DNA of 64,000 nt from Enoplolaimus lenunculus (Eukaryota), in the NCBI GenBank assembly GCA_030248215.1, contig JASANG010004128.1, positions 1 through 64,000 on the forward strand, in the 5' to 3' direction. Positions 12,080 through 26,079 of this stretch are shown here, piece by piece. Position 1 is the stretch's first letter, and each line of letters opens with the position of its first letter. A program made the translations under genes and the position numbers. The notes below the pieces were generated by a model. That model saw only the letters and a program-made list of their open reading frames with translations. It had not been told where the DNA came from and did no database searches.

Positions 12080-13295
12080 AGAAGTGGAGGGGAAGGGGAG
12101 AGGAGGGGAATGGGAAGAGGGAAGTTGGAGAAGGAAGGGGAAGGGGAAGGGGAAAGGGGAAGGGGAAAGTGGAGGTGGAAGTGGAAGATGGAAGTGGGAA
12201 GTTGGGAAGATGGAAGTTGGAAGATGGGAAGTAGAAGTGGGAAGAGGAAAGAAGTAAGGGGAAGTGGGAAGTTTGGAAGAGGGACAGTGGGAAGATGGAA
12301 GATGGAAGATGGAATGGGAAGGGGAAGTGGGACAAGAAGTGGGAAGTTGGAAGATAGGAAGTGGGAAGTGGGAAAGGGAAGGGGTATGGGACAGAGGGAA
12401 GTTAGGAAGATGGGACATTGGAAGTTAGAAGATGGAAGTTGGGACAGATGGGAAGTGTAAGATGGGAGATGGGAGATGGGACAGAGTGGAAGATGGGAAG
12501 AGGGAAGTGGGAAGATGGGAAGTGGGAATTGGGAAGAGGGACAGTGGGAAGAGGAAGTTGGGAAGATGGGAAGTGGGAAGTTGGGAAAAGGAAGTGGAAG
12601 TGGGACAGATAGGACAGATGGGAAGTGGGAAAGGGACAGTGGGACAGAGGGACAGATGGGACAGTTGGGACAGATGGGACAGATGGGAAGTGGAAGCTGG
12701 GAAGCTAAGTATGGGAAGATGGGAATTGGGAAGATGGAAAGTTGGGACAGGGGACAGGTGGGAAGATGGGACAGTTGGGACAGTTGGGAAGTTGGAAGAT
12801 GGGAAGTGGGAAGATGGGAAAGGAAGAGGGAAGTTGGGAGGGAAGAGGGAAGATGGGACAGTGAATTGGGCAGATGGGACAGATGGGACAGTTGGGAAGT
12901 GGACAGTGGGACAGAGGGGACAGTTGTGAAGATGGGACAGATGGGAAGATGGGACAGATAGACAGTTGGGACAGTTGGGACAGATGGGACAGATGGAACA
13001 GTAGGAAGTTGGAACAGATGGGAAGTGGGAAGATGGGAAGTGGGAAAGGGAAGATGGGAAGTTTGGAAGATAGGAAGTGTGAAGATGGGATAGTTGGGAA
13101 GATGGAAGATGGAGAAGATGGGAAGTGGGAAGATGGGAAGTGGGAAGATGGGAATTAGGAGAGTGGAAGTTGGAAGTTTGGAAGATGGGAAGTGGAAAGT
13201 GGGAAGTTGGGACAGATGGGAAGGGAAGATGGGAAGTGAAGAGAAAGGAAGAGGAAGTAAAGGAGTGGGACGGTTGGGACAGATGGGAAGGAACA
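12080..13295 (+). repeat. G-rich low-complexity satellite (TGGGAAG/TGGGACAG units) at the centre of the inverted duplication
   Basis: Dense GGGAAG/GGGACA units, nearly C-free. Related to the TGTCCCA array at 52008-52290 on the opposite strand. Confidence 0.9.
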
Positions 13296-13389
13296 GTTAT
13301 TAATTTTCCTATATGTAAACAGGAGCGATAAGTTACTCGATATTTCTGTCCCGGAATTGACGCCTTTATAAATGGGCAGGTTTATATTT

Positions 13390-16300
13390 ATAATATATTT
13401 AAAGATTTTATTTAGTAGATATGTCATATTGTTTAATAGGAATCATTTTTATTTAAATGGAGGAAGATTGATTTATTGCATTGGAAAGTAATTTAAGAAT
13501 AATTATAATATTTAGTTTTGTGGATAGATTATGATGAGTTTAGAGGGTAAGAGTCGTGCGATGTAGATAATTTAACCATTTTATCGTTAACATTTCATCG
13601 TGTTAATTCATAGAGAGATCTAACATTTTGCTTAGATGTTGTGATATATAAAAAGATTTAGAAATAATGCGGTTAACTGTCTACTATTAAAGCTTATGAG
13701 ATACTACTGAAATTGTTCTTATTAAGCGGATATTTCACAACAAGGTCGTTTCTTGTTGAAATACTAAGCCTAAAATAATTGGTACAGCTTCTGGAAAAGA
13801 AACGTAACGGTATAAACTATTATGAAAATGCTTGATAATTTTTTAAATTTGTATACTGTACTGCCGGCGGCGTGTGACTCCCTCGGTCAAACGTCCATTT
13901 CTGCTCCAGTAAAGTGGTAATTCGAAACAAAAAGACAGTTTTTCCTCCCACAGTGATTTTATACTTCGGTTCAATAACCAAGCACAAATTTTTTTGCTGA
14001 AATGGGAATGCTATGGTCGCGCATTTGCTCACCAACTTGACTTGGTAGACTAGCAAAATAGTAACGGTAGGGAACACACTGGGTCTGACGTGACAGGAAC
14101 TGCCAGATATAATAGACTCTTGGGCACTAGGCTTATGAAAACTAAGGCATGAACTTAAGCATAGGTCAGCATTTTTTAATTCACAAATAAACCTGAGCTA
14201 AAGCATAAAAATAAATATAGGCTGACAAAGTGTACCATAAACTATAGTAATTGCCACATTCCTGTGGAGACGTACCAACGGCAATAATTGTTCAATTAAA
14301 GCAGAAGAAAATTTAGTACTCCGTCATAAAGTAATAGTGCAAAAATTATCAAAGCATATATTATACAAGGTGTTTAGAGTCTGTGCAAACGATTGCGAAA
14401 CGCTGCTGTATATACAGGCTTTTAACTTTTGCTTCTAATGAAACTACAAAATTTTTACAAAATACTTTAAGTTTGACACATTTTAGGCTCTAATTAATCG
14501 ACTGTAGGCAACATACTGACACGACGCATTATATTGGTAGTGACAACGTTTTTTCACATTTTACTGACTTGTTTTAGGAATATTTTCACGGGGAGGAAAC
14601 ATGTGGTATATCCTTTTCTCCGGAATTTCTGGCGACTCAAAAAAGCAGACGTAACACTCTTCAGAATAAACTTCTGAATTTATAGCAGTCGAAAGAATTT
14701 TCTCGTTCGCTATTGTCAATCGTTAAAAATGTTGTATATCAGTATATCCATCGGAAAGAAAATTTCAGAGAAATGGGATTTTTGTTTTTTGTTTGAAGAA
14801 AAATGAGAATGTGATGATTGAAATGTAACAAGAGTAAAAAAGAAAAAGGAATGAGAGTTATAGTTTTTTAAATAGGAACGAAGAAGAAGAGAAAAGAAGT
14901 AAAAAAAAGAAAAAGAAGCAAAGGAAGTTTTTTTAGAAAGTGTAGCGATTAGAGAATGATTCACAGCAAAGAAAGGGGAAAAATAGAGATGAAGGTTGTC
15001 AAAGAGAAATAAGGAGATTTTTATGAAATTGTTAAGTTTGAAGGGATTTTGGATAAAATTGAGTGAGTGATCTGAAGTCCGAGAAATGAGGTGAAAGGTA
15101 TATGATTGTGATAAATTTTTAGTTGCTGTCTGTATGCTACTTATATTGCTTGTTAATAAAGTACTGTAGTGACCCTAATAAGATGGGGGTAATAAGAAGG
15201 GTCCCCATTTTGAGTCTCAATCAATAGGAGTCTGTATCCCTAATCCCTAATAACTGTCCGTAAACAGATAGAGTCCCTAAACACAAATTAGAGTCCATAA
15301 CTGTCAACTATTCCTAATTGTAGAGCATAAATGATTCCAGGCCCAAATAAAGTTGAGTTCGAAACTTTAAAGGGTACTTAAGTTTTGAAAGTACATTTGT
15401 GTATAACCTTGCATTATCGCTCAAGCTTTTGATACAAGACAAACGTTTAATTTAACGGATAATTGCACTACCGGATAATTATCAGTAACGAAGGGAGGCG
15501 GAGCGTGGGTTAAAAATAAACAACCGGGGGTACCGTCTGTAGAGGCCAAATAAATATCAGTGCCCCCATTATTCGGATCACTAAAGTAAACTAACAGATT
15601 TATCTTTCAATATTTGTTCCAAATTCTCCCATATGCAGTTTTATTTGTAAACATTCACTAGTTGGCAACAGTATTATATAAGTACCTACCTCTCCTATAG
15701 GGGTAAGTTTCAGGAGGGTATAAGGGTTTTCATGGTTAAAGAAGATAAAATTTTGTGAGCCATTCTTTCTCGGAGCTCCACCCCCCCCCTCCTTCTACTG
15801 CAGGAAATTGATTATAGTAGTTTTATAAGAGATTAGATTATACCTTAAAAGCAAATGGATAAGAAAGTATTTTACAATAAAAAAAATTGCAAAAAAATTA
15901 TTTGTCAGGGGGTATAAAGGGGGATAGAGGTATATATTCAATCCCAAAACATCTCAAGAGACAATAAAACCTCGTTTACTAAGGCGTTATACATTTTTTT
16001 TGAATTGTAGATTTTTTTTCAAAAAATTTGTTTATACTCTCTAAATCCTTCAAACTTACATCCGGTCTACATCCCTGTTTCGTACTCTGCTTCAGTCAAA
16101 TTTATGCTCATTTCCTTCCCCATACACCGCCTGAAAATCCAGCTTTCATTTTAGAACCTTTTGATGTAGATCTACTTGCAAATGCCATATATTACGTTCA
16201 GAAGTGACCATTTGTCCGATAATTGCAAGTAAAACTCCTGTTATAGTACATGCCGACAACAAAAGTACCGCCAAAATGAAGCTTCTTTGTTTTCCGTATA

Positions 16301-19300
16301 GGTTTAAGCCGCCTGCGCATGCTAATAATTCGTTTTTCAGACCATAAGGCAATTTTAATATTTTCTACCGTATCGATGAGAACTTGTGAGTTGTTGCAGC
16401 GTCAAAGTTTAGCGATGCAAGACGTGCTTTTAAATGCACTGTAAAATTAGCGGCTGTAGACTGTGGTGAAATTTTGGTGAAAAACTAACATACACAAATG
16501 GATAACCGTAATCAGTATTTTACCATTGCTTAGCTAGTGATCGGTACTCAGAACCATGATATCGACAATGCATGCGTTTGATGACCACAGCGCCCGGAGC
16601 AAATCAGATAGCGATTGCGCCGGATTTACCGGTGCAACAAATTTTGTACCGTTGAATGTTTGATTTCTTGAGTAGATCTAAAAAAATTTCAACGTTTTAC
16701 GCTTGAAATGGTTTAAGCATAATTAATATCTTTGCTTTTTAAAACAGTGACACCCTCATCTTGTTTTCAAACTGCGACACGCATATCAGATCTATAAGCA
16801 TCAGTGCCGGTGAGCGCCTCCACCTTCACCTGTACGTCCAAGCCAGCAAAATATTTCGCTTACCACGAAGTTATAGCGCTGTCAAACTGGTGTCCCTTCT
16901 AACTCGTTTTGGGGGGGACAACTATCGTAACGTCGGCCCTGATATACATACTGTAATTTACAATATTTAATCAAAAAAATATGATAGTTTCAATTAAATG
17001 GTTTGAAAACCATAAAACTTGAACTTGTGTATTGAAAGTTTGCTTAATTTACCGAACAGTTTTGCGCCAGAATCGGACACATTTGCTTCTTCGAGTGTAA
17101 GCAGTCGCAAACTTCGAATACACAAAATACCTATATTGAGATGAATCGACGTCACAGACTGAGCTGAATGGTGATCAACAGGAATCACTGCAAAATATAA
17201 TTCGTTTGTATAATTTTGCCAACTTTTCCATAAACCAGTAGCTATAATGCAAAGGGGCATCCAAGCCTATGTCCCCCCAACAGAGACCAAAACCAAAATT
17301 TTTTGGTTGAAATTTGGTAGCAAAAGGGCGATTGGTTGCGAACCTGGGTGGCTTTGGTAACTTATGCGGAATTGTAAGCTAACGTCGGATCGCTCACGCT
17401 ACAGCACGGACGTACACGGTAATAGAATACGATCATTGTAAAAATACATATATTCTAGTAGAAATGATTACAAAAAATAATAATTATTATAACTTCTCGT
17501 TAAAGTTGTACACAGACGAAATACCAGTATGGCGCTGGACACAACAGTGCCATGGGCGTGCAAAGAGCTGTAACGTCATGCCCGTAGTCATCTCACCTTT
17601 CTACGGAGCTATAAACCTTTTTATTAGACGCATACAAGGGTTGTCGATAACTTACAAGCGAGTTTGAAACGTTTCTAGTGAGGGACAAAAGTTTTAGACG
17701 TGCTGAGCCCAGTGGCTCCCCTCTGGCTATTTGTTGCACGCGTACCGTTTTTTGACAAACATCCGGAATGCTGAGAGTTCCAACTGTTCGCCGACTGATC
17801 ACAGTAGCAACTTGTTGCGTTCATTAGCTCAAGACGATCACCGAGCGCTTGTGCTGATGCAGGCGAAATGAGACCATCTGGTGAGCATAACGCAGGCAGT
17901 GATGTATATGATAGCTGGCAATAATCGTAATGTGTATACGTATTTGGGATTGCAAATTTTGTACTGCAAAAGTCAGACATTGTATGATATCGAAGTTTGT
18001 GAATTGCTGAGTTTCTGGCTTTTCTTAAATTGCTGTAAGCATGTGGTGGACGGCGTTCAAGTTTTGATGAAGCGCATTCAATAATGGGTTTTAAAATTAG
18101 CAACAAAATTGGAATCCAGTACAATAGTTTAATAGTTAAAACGGTTAGTAGTGCCTTTGTGGCTGATTTTAAGTGCATAATAAACGTTATTGGAGACATT
18201 TCAGATTGCTCATTATGTTCTCTAAAATTTTGACTTCTCAACGATAGCAAGACTGACGGATTTACGTGCGGATGCAAAGGGGAAATTGGGACATGTCCCT
18301 GTGCAAAAATTCTCGAGAAGCCAGGGAAACGGCTGCTTTACGTAATACAAGCACTTAACCCATGGATATCTGCAGTTAAAAAAATTCTCTCTCGTTCTAA
18401 TATCTTTTCCTTGAGTATAAAGAATAAAGAAATTAAATCGTGGCTATGGGTCCGTGTAATAATCAGGGGCGGAACGTTTTTCTGTGGGTCTACATTAATG
18501 AAAATTTAAAGTTTAGCGTAATTTTTCGCTTGGGCTTAGGCTTAGGCTTAGGTATAAACACATTCTTACGCTTAAGCGTATGCATAGGAATTTACTTATA
18601 CTACTGTTCCGCCAATGTTCAAACATTGGCCCAACTGTCAATGTACCACAAACTTGCTGAGGTATATCCAGTTCGTAATGATTATTTTATTGTAATATGT
18701 TGTTTATATCCTCGAACGGTTCCCGGATAAATCCCCTTTGAATCATTTTTTATGATTTTACAAACATCGTTGGCTTATACCCGACTCACAGAGAATGGAA
18801 ACTATTTGTCTATGCAAACCTGTGCAATATTTTTGTCAATCTGAACATTATGAAAAAATTCATTCATCCAAACCTGCACACGAAAAAAGGCTATCTAAAC
18901 ATTATCTGATCATTAAACAGATCATTAACTGGCCTGTAGTTTTACTCCAGTCTCTAGCGGATGCAAAAAACGATGCAACATGTCATGGCCCACTAACAGC
19001 GATATAAAGCAAAAAATTTGTATTAATATGCTATTTATATAAGTACTAAAATTGCGTTTGGCTTCTCGCTCGTTTGATTTAAAAGCTTTTATTGCTGTTA
19101 TATATTGCATGCCTCTCTGTCAGACGTTTCTAGATTTGCCCATATGAAACCTCAAAAGTTTTTAACGGCTAATATATATATAATTACATCTTAAACCTAT
19201 CGGAATCAATATTGTGAAAAGAACAAGCATCAAACGTAAAGTTAATGTATATCTTCTAGTATTTGTTTTGTCACAAAAATTCGGATATATTCAGTGTTTA

Positions 19301-22300
19301 CGACCTAAAATATTGAAACAGCCAGGCAACATGGCTTACGTACGTGCGCAGGAAAATAAGTTGAATGGAAGAATACATTTGTATTGTGATAATCGACAAT
19401 CGAAATAACGTTTTTTCCGCAGCGCTGACAGTTAATTATAGCCCTATGAGCGGCCACTGGACTGATTTGATGACAAATATGTGTGTGTTTTCTGATCCAT
19501 TTCAACAGTTGCGTTTCAAATTCAAAACAAAACAAACGAGCATTAGTATTTTAGTGTCTTTCATCAGTTTGGTCTACGATGATAATATTTTCAAACGGTT
19601 GTCTTGAGCCATTGCCACGTTTCTTCAGTTTCACTTAGCATGAGTCAGTACCAAAATTTCGATATTAATTCGGCGGATCATGAACTAAGCGGATTCTGAG
19701 GTCGGTTTAGAGCGCGGGTACCAAAAAAGAAAGCGTCGATGCAAATAATGATCAAAACTGTATGTTTTCCTTCAAATGTTTTCGCTTCTAAAACACTCGT
19801 CATCGGCCCCGAAAACTACGAGACTAAGGCTGCGGCATCACAGTCATCCTAAGTGAATGATAACACTAACAGTCCAGAAGTGGAGCGTACACCGTCTACA
19901 ATCAAAGATGAACTTAAGTAGCGGATACCCTTAGACCCCAGCGGCCTAGGCCGTATCGGGTAAACATATTTTATTGCGAATAAACCGGCAGGCACAAAAT
20001 TTACAAGTCAGGGCAAAAACATTACCCGTGCCTGTTTTTTTTGCAAATATTCGTCTGAAACTGTCTCAGTTTCATACCTCCTGATACGATTTTTAATATT
20101 TCTTTTTCTAAAAGAACTGATATAAAAGCATGCACTTTTACCAAGTGGACTTATCGTAAAGAAAACATTAAAGGTCACACGTTTTTCTGTTTCAAACTTT
20201 TTTGCTTGTAAAAAGTGGGACACGGGTGTGTAGATTAGTGGCGGATCCAGAAATTTCTGGTGGGGGATACACAATTGGAAAATGTTGAGTTTTGGCACAG
20301 TTCATACATATTTTTGCGCATATAAAACAAGTCACACACACTGGCACATGTAAAGAACTGGTCCTTCCCAATTTCCTGCGTAATATACCAATTTCCCAAA
20401 ATCTTAATTCCCGGGTAATTGTCCCAAATTCCCAAAAGTTTAGGCTATTCAGAAGTTTACGTTTAGACTCAGATTTAGGCTTAAGCTTAAGTCTACACTT
20501 TAGCCTAAAGTTGAGGTGTAGGCTAAAGTTCGCGCATAAGCTACAGGGTTTATAGGCGCATGGATGCAGGGGTGCCGTCCCTCTGTAGCCAAATTGTCGC
20601 TATTCATTCCCCCGTACTTGAGAAACTTGCTCGCAGTGCCGGAGCAGACAGGGGTGGGGACTCCCTCCAAACTCGCGAGCGCAGCGAGCGAGATGCCTGA
20701 TGCATTTTAAAACTTATCAAAACACATAGAAAATTAGTTGTACTGCAATTTCAGGGTGAATCCCTTAAACAAATGTGAAATTTTAAGATATCGGAACAGA
20801 AATTTGCATTGTAAGTTCGATTTTAACCACGAAAAAATTTAAACTCGGCAGCCGGTGGGGGGATGAATCCCCTCATCCTCCCTAGATCCGCCCCTGACGT
20901 AGATTACTTGTTCAAGTGTACATGGTGTAGCTGGACAGTAACTAAGGAGGGGGGAGGAGGGGCTCAGCCCCCATAAAAATTTTCGCCCCATGGAAAATTT
21001 TCAACCTTGCTTGTAAGTCAACGAAAACCCTTGTATGACCCGCCAGAAATTTTTTATCCCTGCCTAGCAAGGTGAGGTAGCTATGGGCCGTACTTAGTTC
21101 TTATACAAATCTGTTATATCAAACAAGTAGTATAACAGATAGTGCTCAATAAATCGATGCGTCTAATTGAGAATACCACCTCGCTGTGAACACTAAACGA
21201 AAAATTCCTGTTGAAAACTTTCCGACTACAGTGTTTTGGAAATTTTCAGATTTTGGTTTTACTAAGCTTACAGGTTTAGGTATTGGCTTTCGTTTAGGTT
21301 GAGAGGTTTGCATATGGGCTTGTGTACGTTAATCCTACACGTACCGCTGCATGATATATTTAGCCATCTGACACACAGACCATTCAGCCGATTCTAAAAT
21401 TTCGAATGCTGTTCAGTTGAAAAAATGAATGCGTTTGTAATAAAAATTTATTTATAATAGAATATATATTCACGACAAAATAATTCCTTCGCTTAAAAAC
21501 TACTCCCAAAAACCTAATCAACACTAAGGCAATCAACAATATAGCTGCGAAAAAAACCAATTAACCTAAAGACTAATTTATTTCCACCAACAAAGCTACA
21601 CGCGAAAACAAGCCAAACCTGCCTGCGCGGTTCCTAAATAACATTTTTCCAGTTCGATATAATAAAAATGCACAGCTTTTGTTCGCGTAGAGTATGCCCT
21701 TTACCCACAAGTGCTTATATAACAGCTAAAAGTATAAACTATACTCACTAAGCTGTATAAAAGCCAGCGGGTTCAGTTACTCATTGTGTTTATTGAAATC
21801 ACTTTTATTTCGATTGCGCTACACAAACCTTTGCTTTAGACATTTTATTTAGCAACCGAAAAAAACTGGTATCAGTAATTGCTCAAGTAGAAAACCCCAA
21901 TGAGCAAGCTACGACGCGGGTATAACTGGTTCTAAAGGGTACCGATCTGCGCTATACGAAAGCGTTTATTCGGCTTTTAAATCATTGGTTACTCGATGTA
22001 GACTTGTGCTTAACAATTAAAATAAAACGAAATATATGTATACATTGGTTTTGAATGAACTACCGTTTGGTTGCAAACCGTTTTGGTTTTGCTTCTAATT
22101 TCTACGCGTAACATCGACGAACTGACAATTTTGTATTTTAACTTAAAATTAAAGAATACGTGGCTTGCTACTTTCAGAAACTTTTAGTAGGGTTATGCTC
22201 TGCAACTACATTGAGGGTAGGGGATTGACCAGTCAATCTAATATCTTTGCCCTCATCCGGTTAAATAATTTATCGGCAGCATTTAAAAAACTTTGTTAAG

Positions 22301-25300
22301 AATGTTTTTCTTGTTGTTCTGTATAGTCTCGTTGCTCCTAAAAACAAATCCTGGTTACGGGTTTGACTTTTAAAATTGCTCAGCTAAGGTAATTAAGAAA
22401 ACTGTCACTAATACACAGCTTTGAAACTTAGTAAAAACAACAGGAAAGCGAAATGAAAAATTAATATAAAAAAGATCAGGATGTAGCTATCAATTTTACA
22501 TGACTGTTTACATGAAACCAAACTTTCTGACATGGAAACTGCTCAATGATGTGTGAAATTTGAAATAAAAAAATTTGAAATAGTCTTTTTTCAATCTGAC
22601 TCTGCCTGAAGCAAAAGTTGAACTGTAGAGATTTAATTAAAATCACAACTACTCAGCTTAATCTCAATCTTGCAGCTGTTACGAAATACTCGGTATTGTG
22701 CGAGTGAAAATTTAATGATAAATGCCAAAATATAATGTATCCTTGTCGAAAACGTTCGCAAAACAGATAACCTAATCTTTTAGCAAAGGATATTTTAATG
22801 AATGCTCTCTCAGGCTCATTAAATATTTACAATCAAATGAGATCTGGTAGATGTGGCTCTAAGTAAATAAACACACACACATTCAATGTGAAATAAAGCG
22901 TATAACCGGTATAAAAGTCTATATTGATTAAAAAAATGCAAGTTTTGTTAACCCTGTCTATTCTCATTAATGCAAAACAAATTTCCGATCAACCCCACTC
23001 AAGCGAAGTAGATATTTTTCCGAGAGTATGTATACGAAATGGAAAGTGCTATTTATCATCGCACAACTGTAAGATCTTCGTCTGAGTAAAGTTGACGAAA
23101 AATTATTTTTTTCTTGAGGTAACATTTTTATTTTAGGTGAACGTTTGAAAAACCACCGCACCAAACTGTGATGGAATTTAGACGCTTAACCTAAAAATTT
23201 CATTTCGTTCGCGAAACGAACCTATTAGTTATACTATACTTTTACGGATTATTAGCGTGTGCAATAATACACAGCGGTATGAGCCATTTAAAACGGTTTT
23301 TATATACACGCAAACTACCTATTAACCTGGTGAACAGGCTATCGATAAAAATATATTAATAAAATATACATTTTTCATTTTAACTCAAAAAGGTGCACTG
23401 TCTAATGTAAAAGCTGTAGACGGACAAATTGCAAATTAATATATATACTCTTTTAATGCCTTCTTAATTGAGATAATTTAGCAAACGAACTGAAAAATAA
23501 ACAGAATTAACATTAAAAACCAACGTTTTCCATGTTGTAAATTTACTAAAACTGTAGCTCGCTTCGCTGGCGAAATTTTTCGTTCATTATACAACCCGCG
23601 AATATGACCTCCTAATGCATTGAATGCATAGGTCTGTTTTACGTGCAACGACATTTAACATATAGATTTGGTTTACTGCAATCTTAAACAAAAGGTTCGA
23701 AGGCCATTGATTAATATTAAATACACGGTTGAAACCAGCTAATCAGTAGCATTTTGTTGTGTTTTGAATCTAAGATATTGACCCAATGAAAACATTTCGC
23801 CAAACCACAAATTACAAATTAGAAACATTTCGAATGCGTACATTCAGCTGATAACATTTGTAGCAGTACACGACTGATACTTCCACTTGGTGATAAATGC
23901 AAGAATCTGCCAACAGAATTCACTGCAGCCAAAGTGCTATCAACAGTGAGTTTACGCAACTTCAAACATGCGTAAATTTTATTATATTGTGAGATTCACG
24001 TTATATACCGGGGCAGCTGGGCCACTATTTGTCCCATGTTGATTCGACGTCAACATTAAAATTTGGCATCCCTTCAGCGGACAAAGCTCGAATGTCATAT
24101 GACGTCGACCTACAAACCACCAGTCTCAGATGTTCAATGTGTACGAAAGCCCGCAAGTCACGTGTTACTGCAGCACATTTGTGTGAATATTATGAAATTT
24201 CAAAATTGCAGCTAGTGTCATATATATTCAGCGCGACAGTGTAATCTTCGTGTGCTTACAAATGAATCGAAATTTGACCGAGAATGGCGTCACTTTGCTT
24301 TTAAACATAAAACGCGCTGCCAAATTAGTTTCTGACATAAAATCGCTCAGAACCAGCGTCATAATTAAATAATTCAGATTTCAAATTCTAGTATTACATG
24401 ATATTCAATAGGACAGTTTCGTTTTGTTACTTCAAGTATGCCGACAATTGGAAACATATAATATTCGCGGACAATATATCAAATATCAATATGATATTGA
24501 AGAGCAAATAAGTGACCACACATGATGATAGCAGACTACTCCGTACTTTTAATATGATATGAGGTCTATAAACAGACAAAATGTTACTCAACAGCAAAGC
24601 AGGGACAAAACATATCCTAATGTGCCCCGGTTATAACGTGATCCTGGCCTAAAAGTGCCTTCTGCCCAATGCATAAGTTTAAGTTTTTGCAGCGAGAAAA
24701 AGCAGCTGAACTTTGCTGGCGCACATCGCATCTAAAACTTGCCATTCTAATTTTCATGTGGATGTTTTCGGAGCGAAAACGTGCAGCTTCACCTTATGGC
24801 TGCAAGTTTGGTTAAAATGCTTTAAGCCGCATCACTGTTTTGCAGCGAGTGCTTGCAGCTGCAATTCGCAAGTGCTATTTTTTGCTTATATACTTTCCAG
24901 CTGCAACTTGCACGTGAAATTTTATGCAGCGAGAACTTGCAACTGCAAGTTGAAACTACTAGAGTTGTTTACACGGGGTTTTAGAACAAAATTTGCAACG
25001 GGCAAGTTACTACTAGTGTTGCTTACACGGGTTTCCGAACAAAATTTGCAGGTGCAAGTTGCAGCTTCTAGTCCTCGCTGAGGAAGGTGAACGTACGATT
25101 GGGGCTTACAATTCAGTGACCAGTTTATGAGCTATGGCTCAACGTGTTGAACTGTGTAATCACTGCGTTCTAAACTTTTGCGCAGTTAAAACTACATTTA
25201 AAAAACCTATTACTGTTCAATTCATTTTTACATCCGGGCACAAATTAGATGGCTTTCAAAAGTCGTATGCACTCAGACTAAATGCCGTCTATAGATACAT

Positions 25301-25367
25301 AGAGACCTATATATTGAGATATATCTTCAATCAAAAAGGCTACAAGCCATTCGAACTGTATAGCATT
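13390..25367 (-). repeat. Right arm of ~12-kb inverted duplication
   Basis: Near-identical to the left arm over ~16860-25367. Indels increase towards the centre, with C-depleted degraded patches at ~14760-15110 and ~15660-15930. Confidence 0.97.
16108..18199 (-). pseudogene. Mirror copy of the MOLO-1-like gene, frameshifted in exons 2-3 (pseudogene or uncorrected sequence error)
   Basis: Exon 1 (18199-17746) is open with R>H and SL>PH changes. Exon 2 has an extra A (SGAKLFG vs SGANCS). Exon 3 (16677-16108) has several 1-bp indels. Confidence 0.65.
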
Positions 25368-26079
25368 GGCCCAGCCGTTCATTCCTGTCTGTTGTTGTGA
25401 CATAAACACAAAAATTTGGCTTCAAAAAACCAAAAGTGGTTGTTGTAGTTCATTTGTCGCATACGTTACTACACAATAAATATATAAAGAGACACAACCC
25501 AGACCAACATGTGGCTAAATCGAACTGCTTTTAAATGCAACTAAAACGGCAGAGGCATAAAAGATAGGCGGCGGTTCTTAGCATCGGCAAATACTACTAA
25601 ATTTAAGTCTTTTGTGTTCAACTAAAATTAAATTTTATTGGATCGTTTAAGTTTTTTTGGCATGCGTAAATTTTATAGCCCAATCAGTGCACAGCGATCT
25701 AAACTGTGATATATTTGATATATTATTGTCTTATGTTCAAAAAGTTCATTCACTTTAACCACCGTTTAATTGGCGAAAACAATGCCGTAGGAAAACTTAA
25801 GTGAATTAAACAAGGGCAAGAAGATTTAAAGCATGTTTTTAGCAAATTTTTGTTTATATTTCAAGATTGATCAATTGCGCAGAAGGCACAAAATTTTCAA
25901 ACTTGTGTCGCATACCACTATATTTTCATCTATTTGGCTAGAAAACGCACCACTATGCGCTTCAATTTCCTATTTGCATGGGAAAGTTTATAGCATGGTA
26001 GTTTCGGAGTGGGGGACACACATTCCCGATCGCCACAAACTCTGTCATTGGTTTGAAAGCAATTATTCATGCCAAATAT

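Noticed and set aside
11976..13427. Many overlapping G/W/K/E-rich or P/F/S-rich ORFs
   Set aside because: By-products of a stop-poor satellite; no coding signal.
40..25367. Giant TIR transposon (Polinton/Maverick), linear plasmid or viral hairpin genome
   Set aside because: No transposase, integrase, polymerase or capsid ORFs; the arms hold an ordinary intron-containing gene and MITEs; the outer end coincides with a sequencing adapter.
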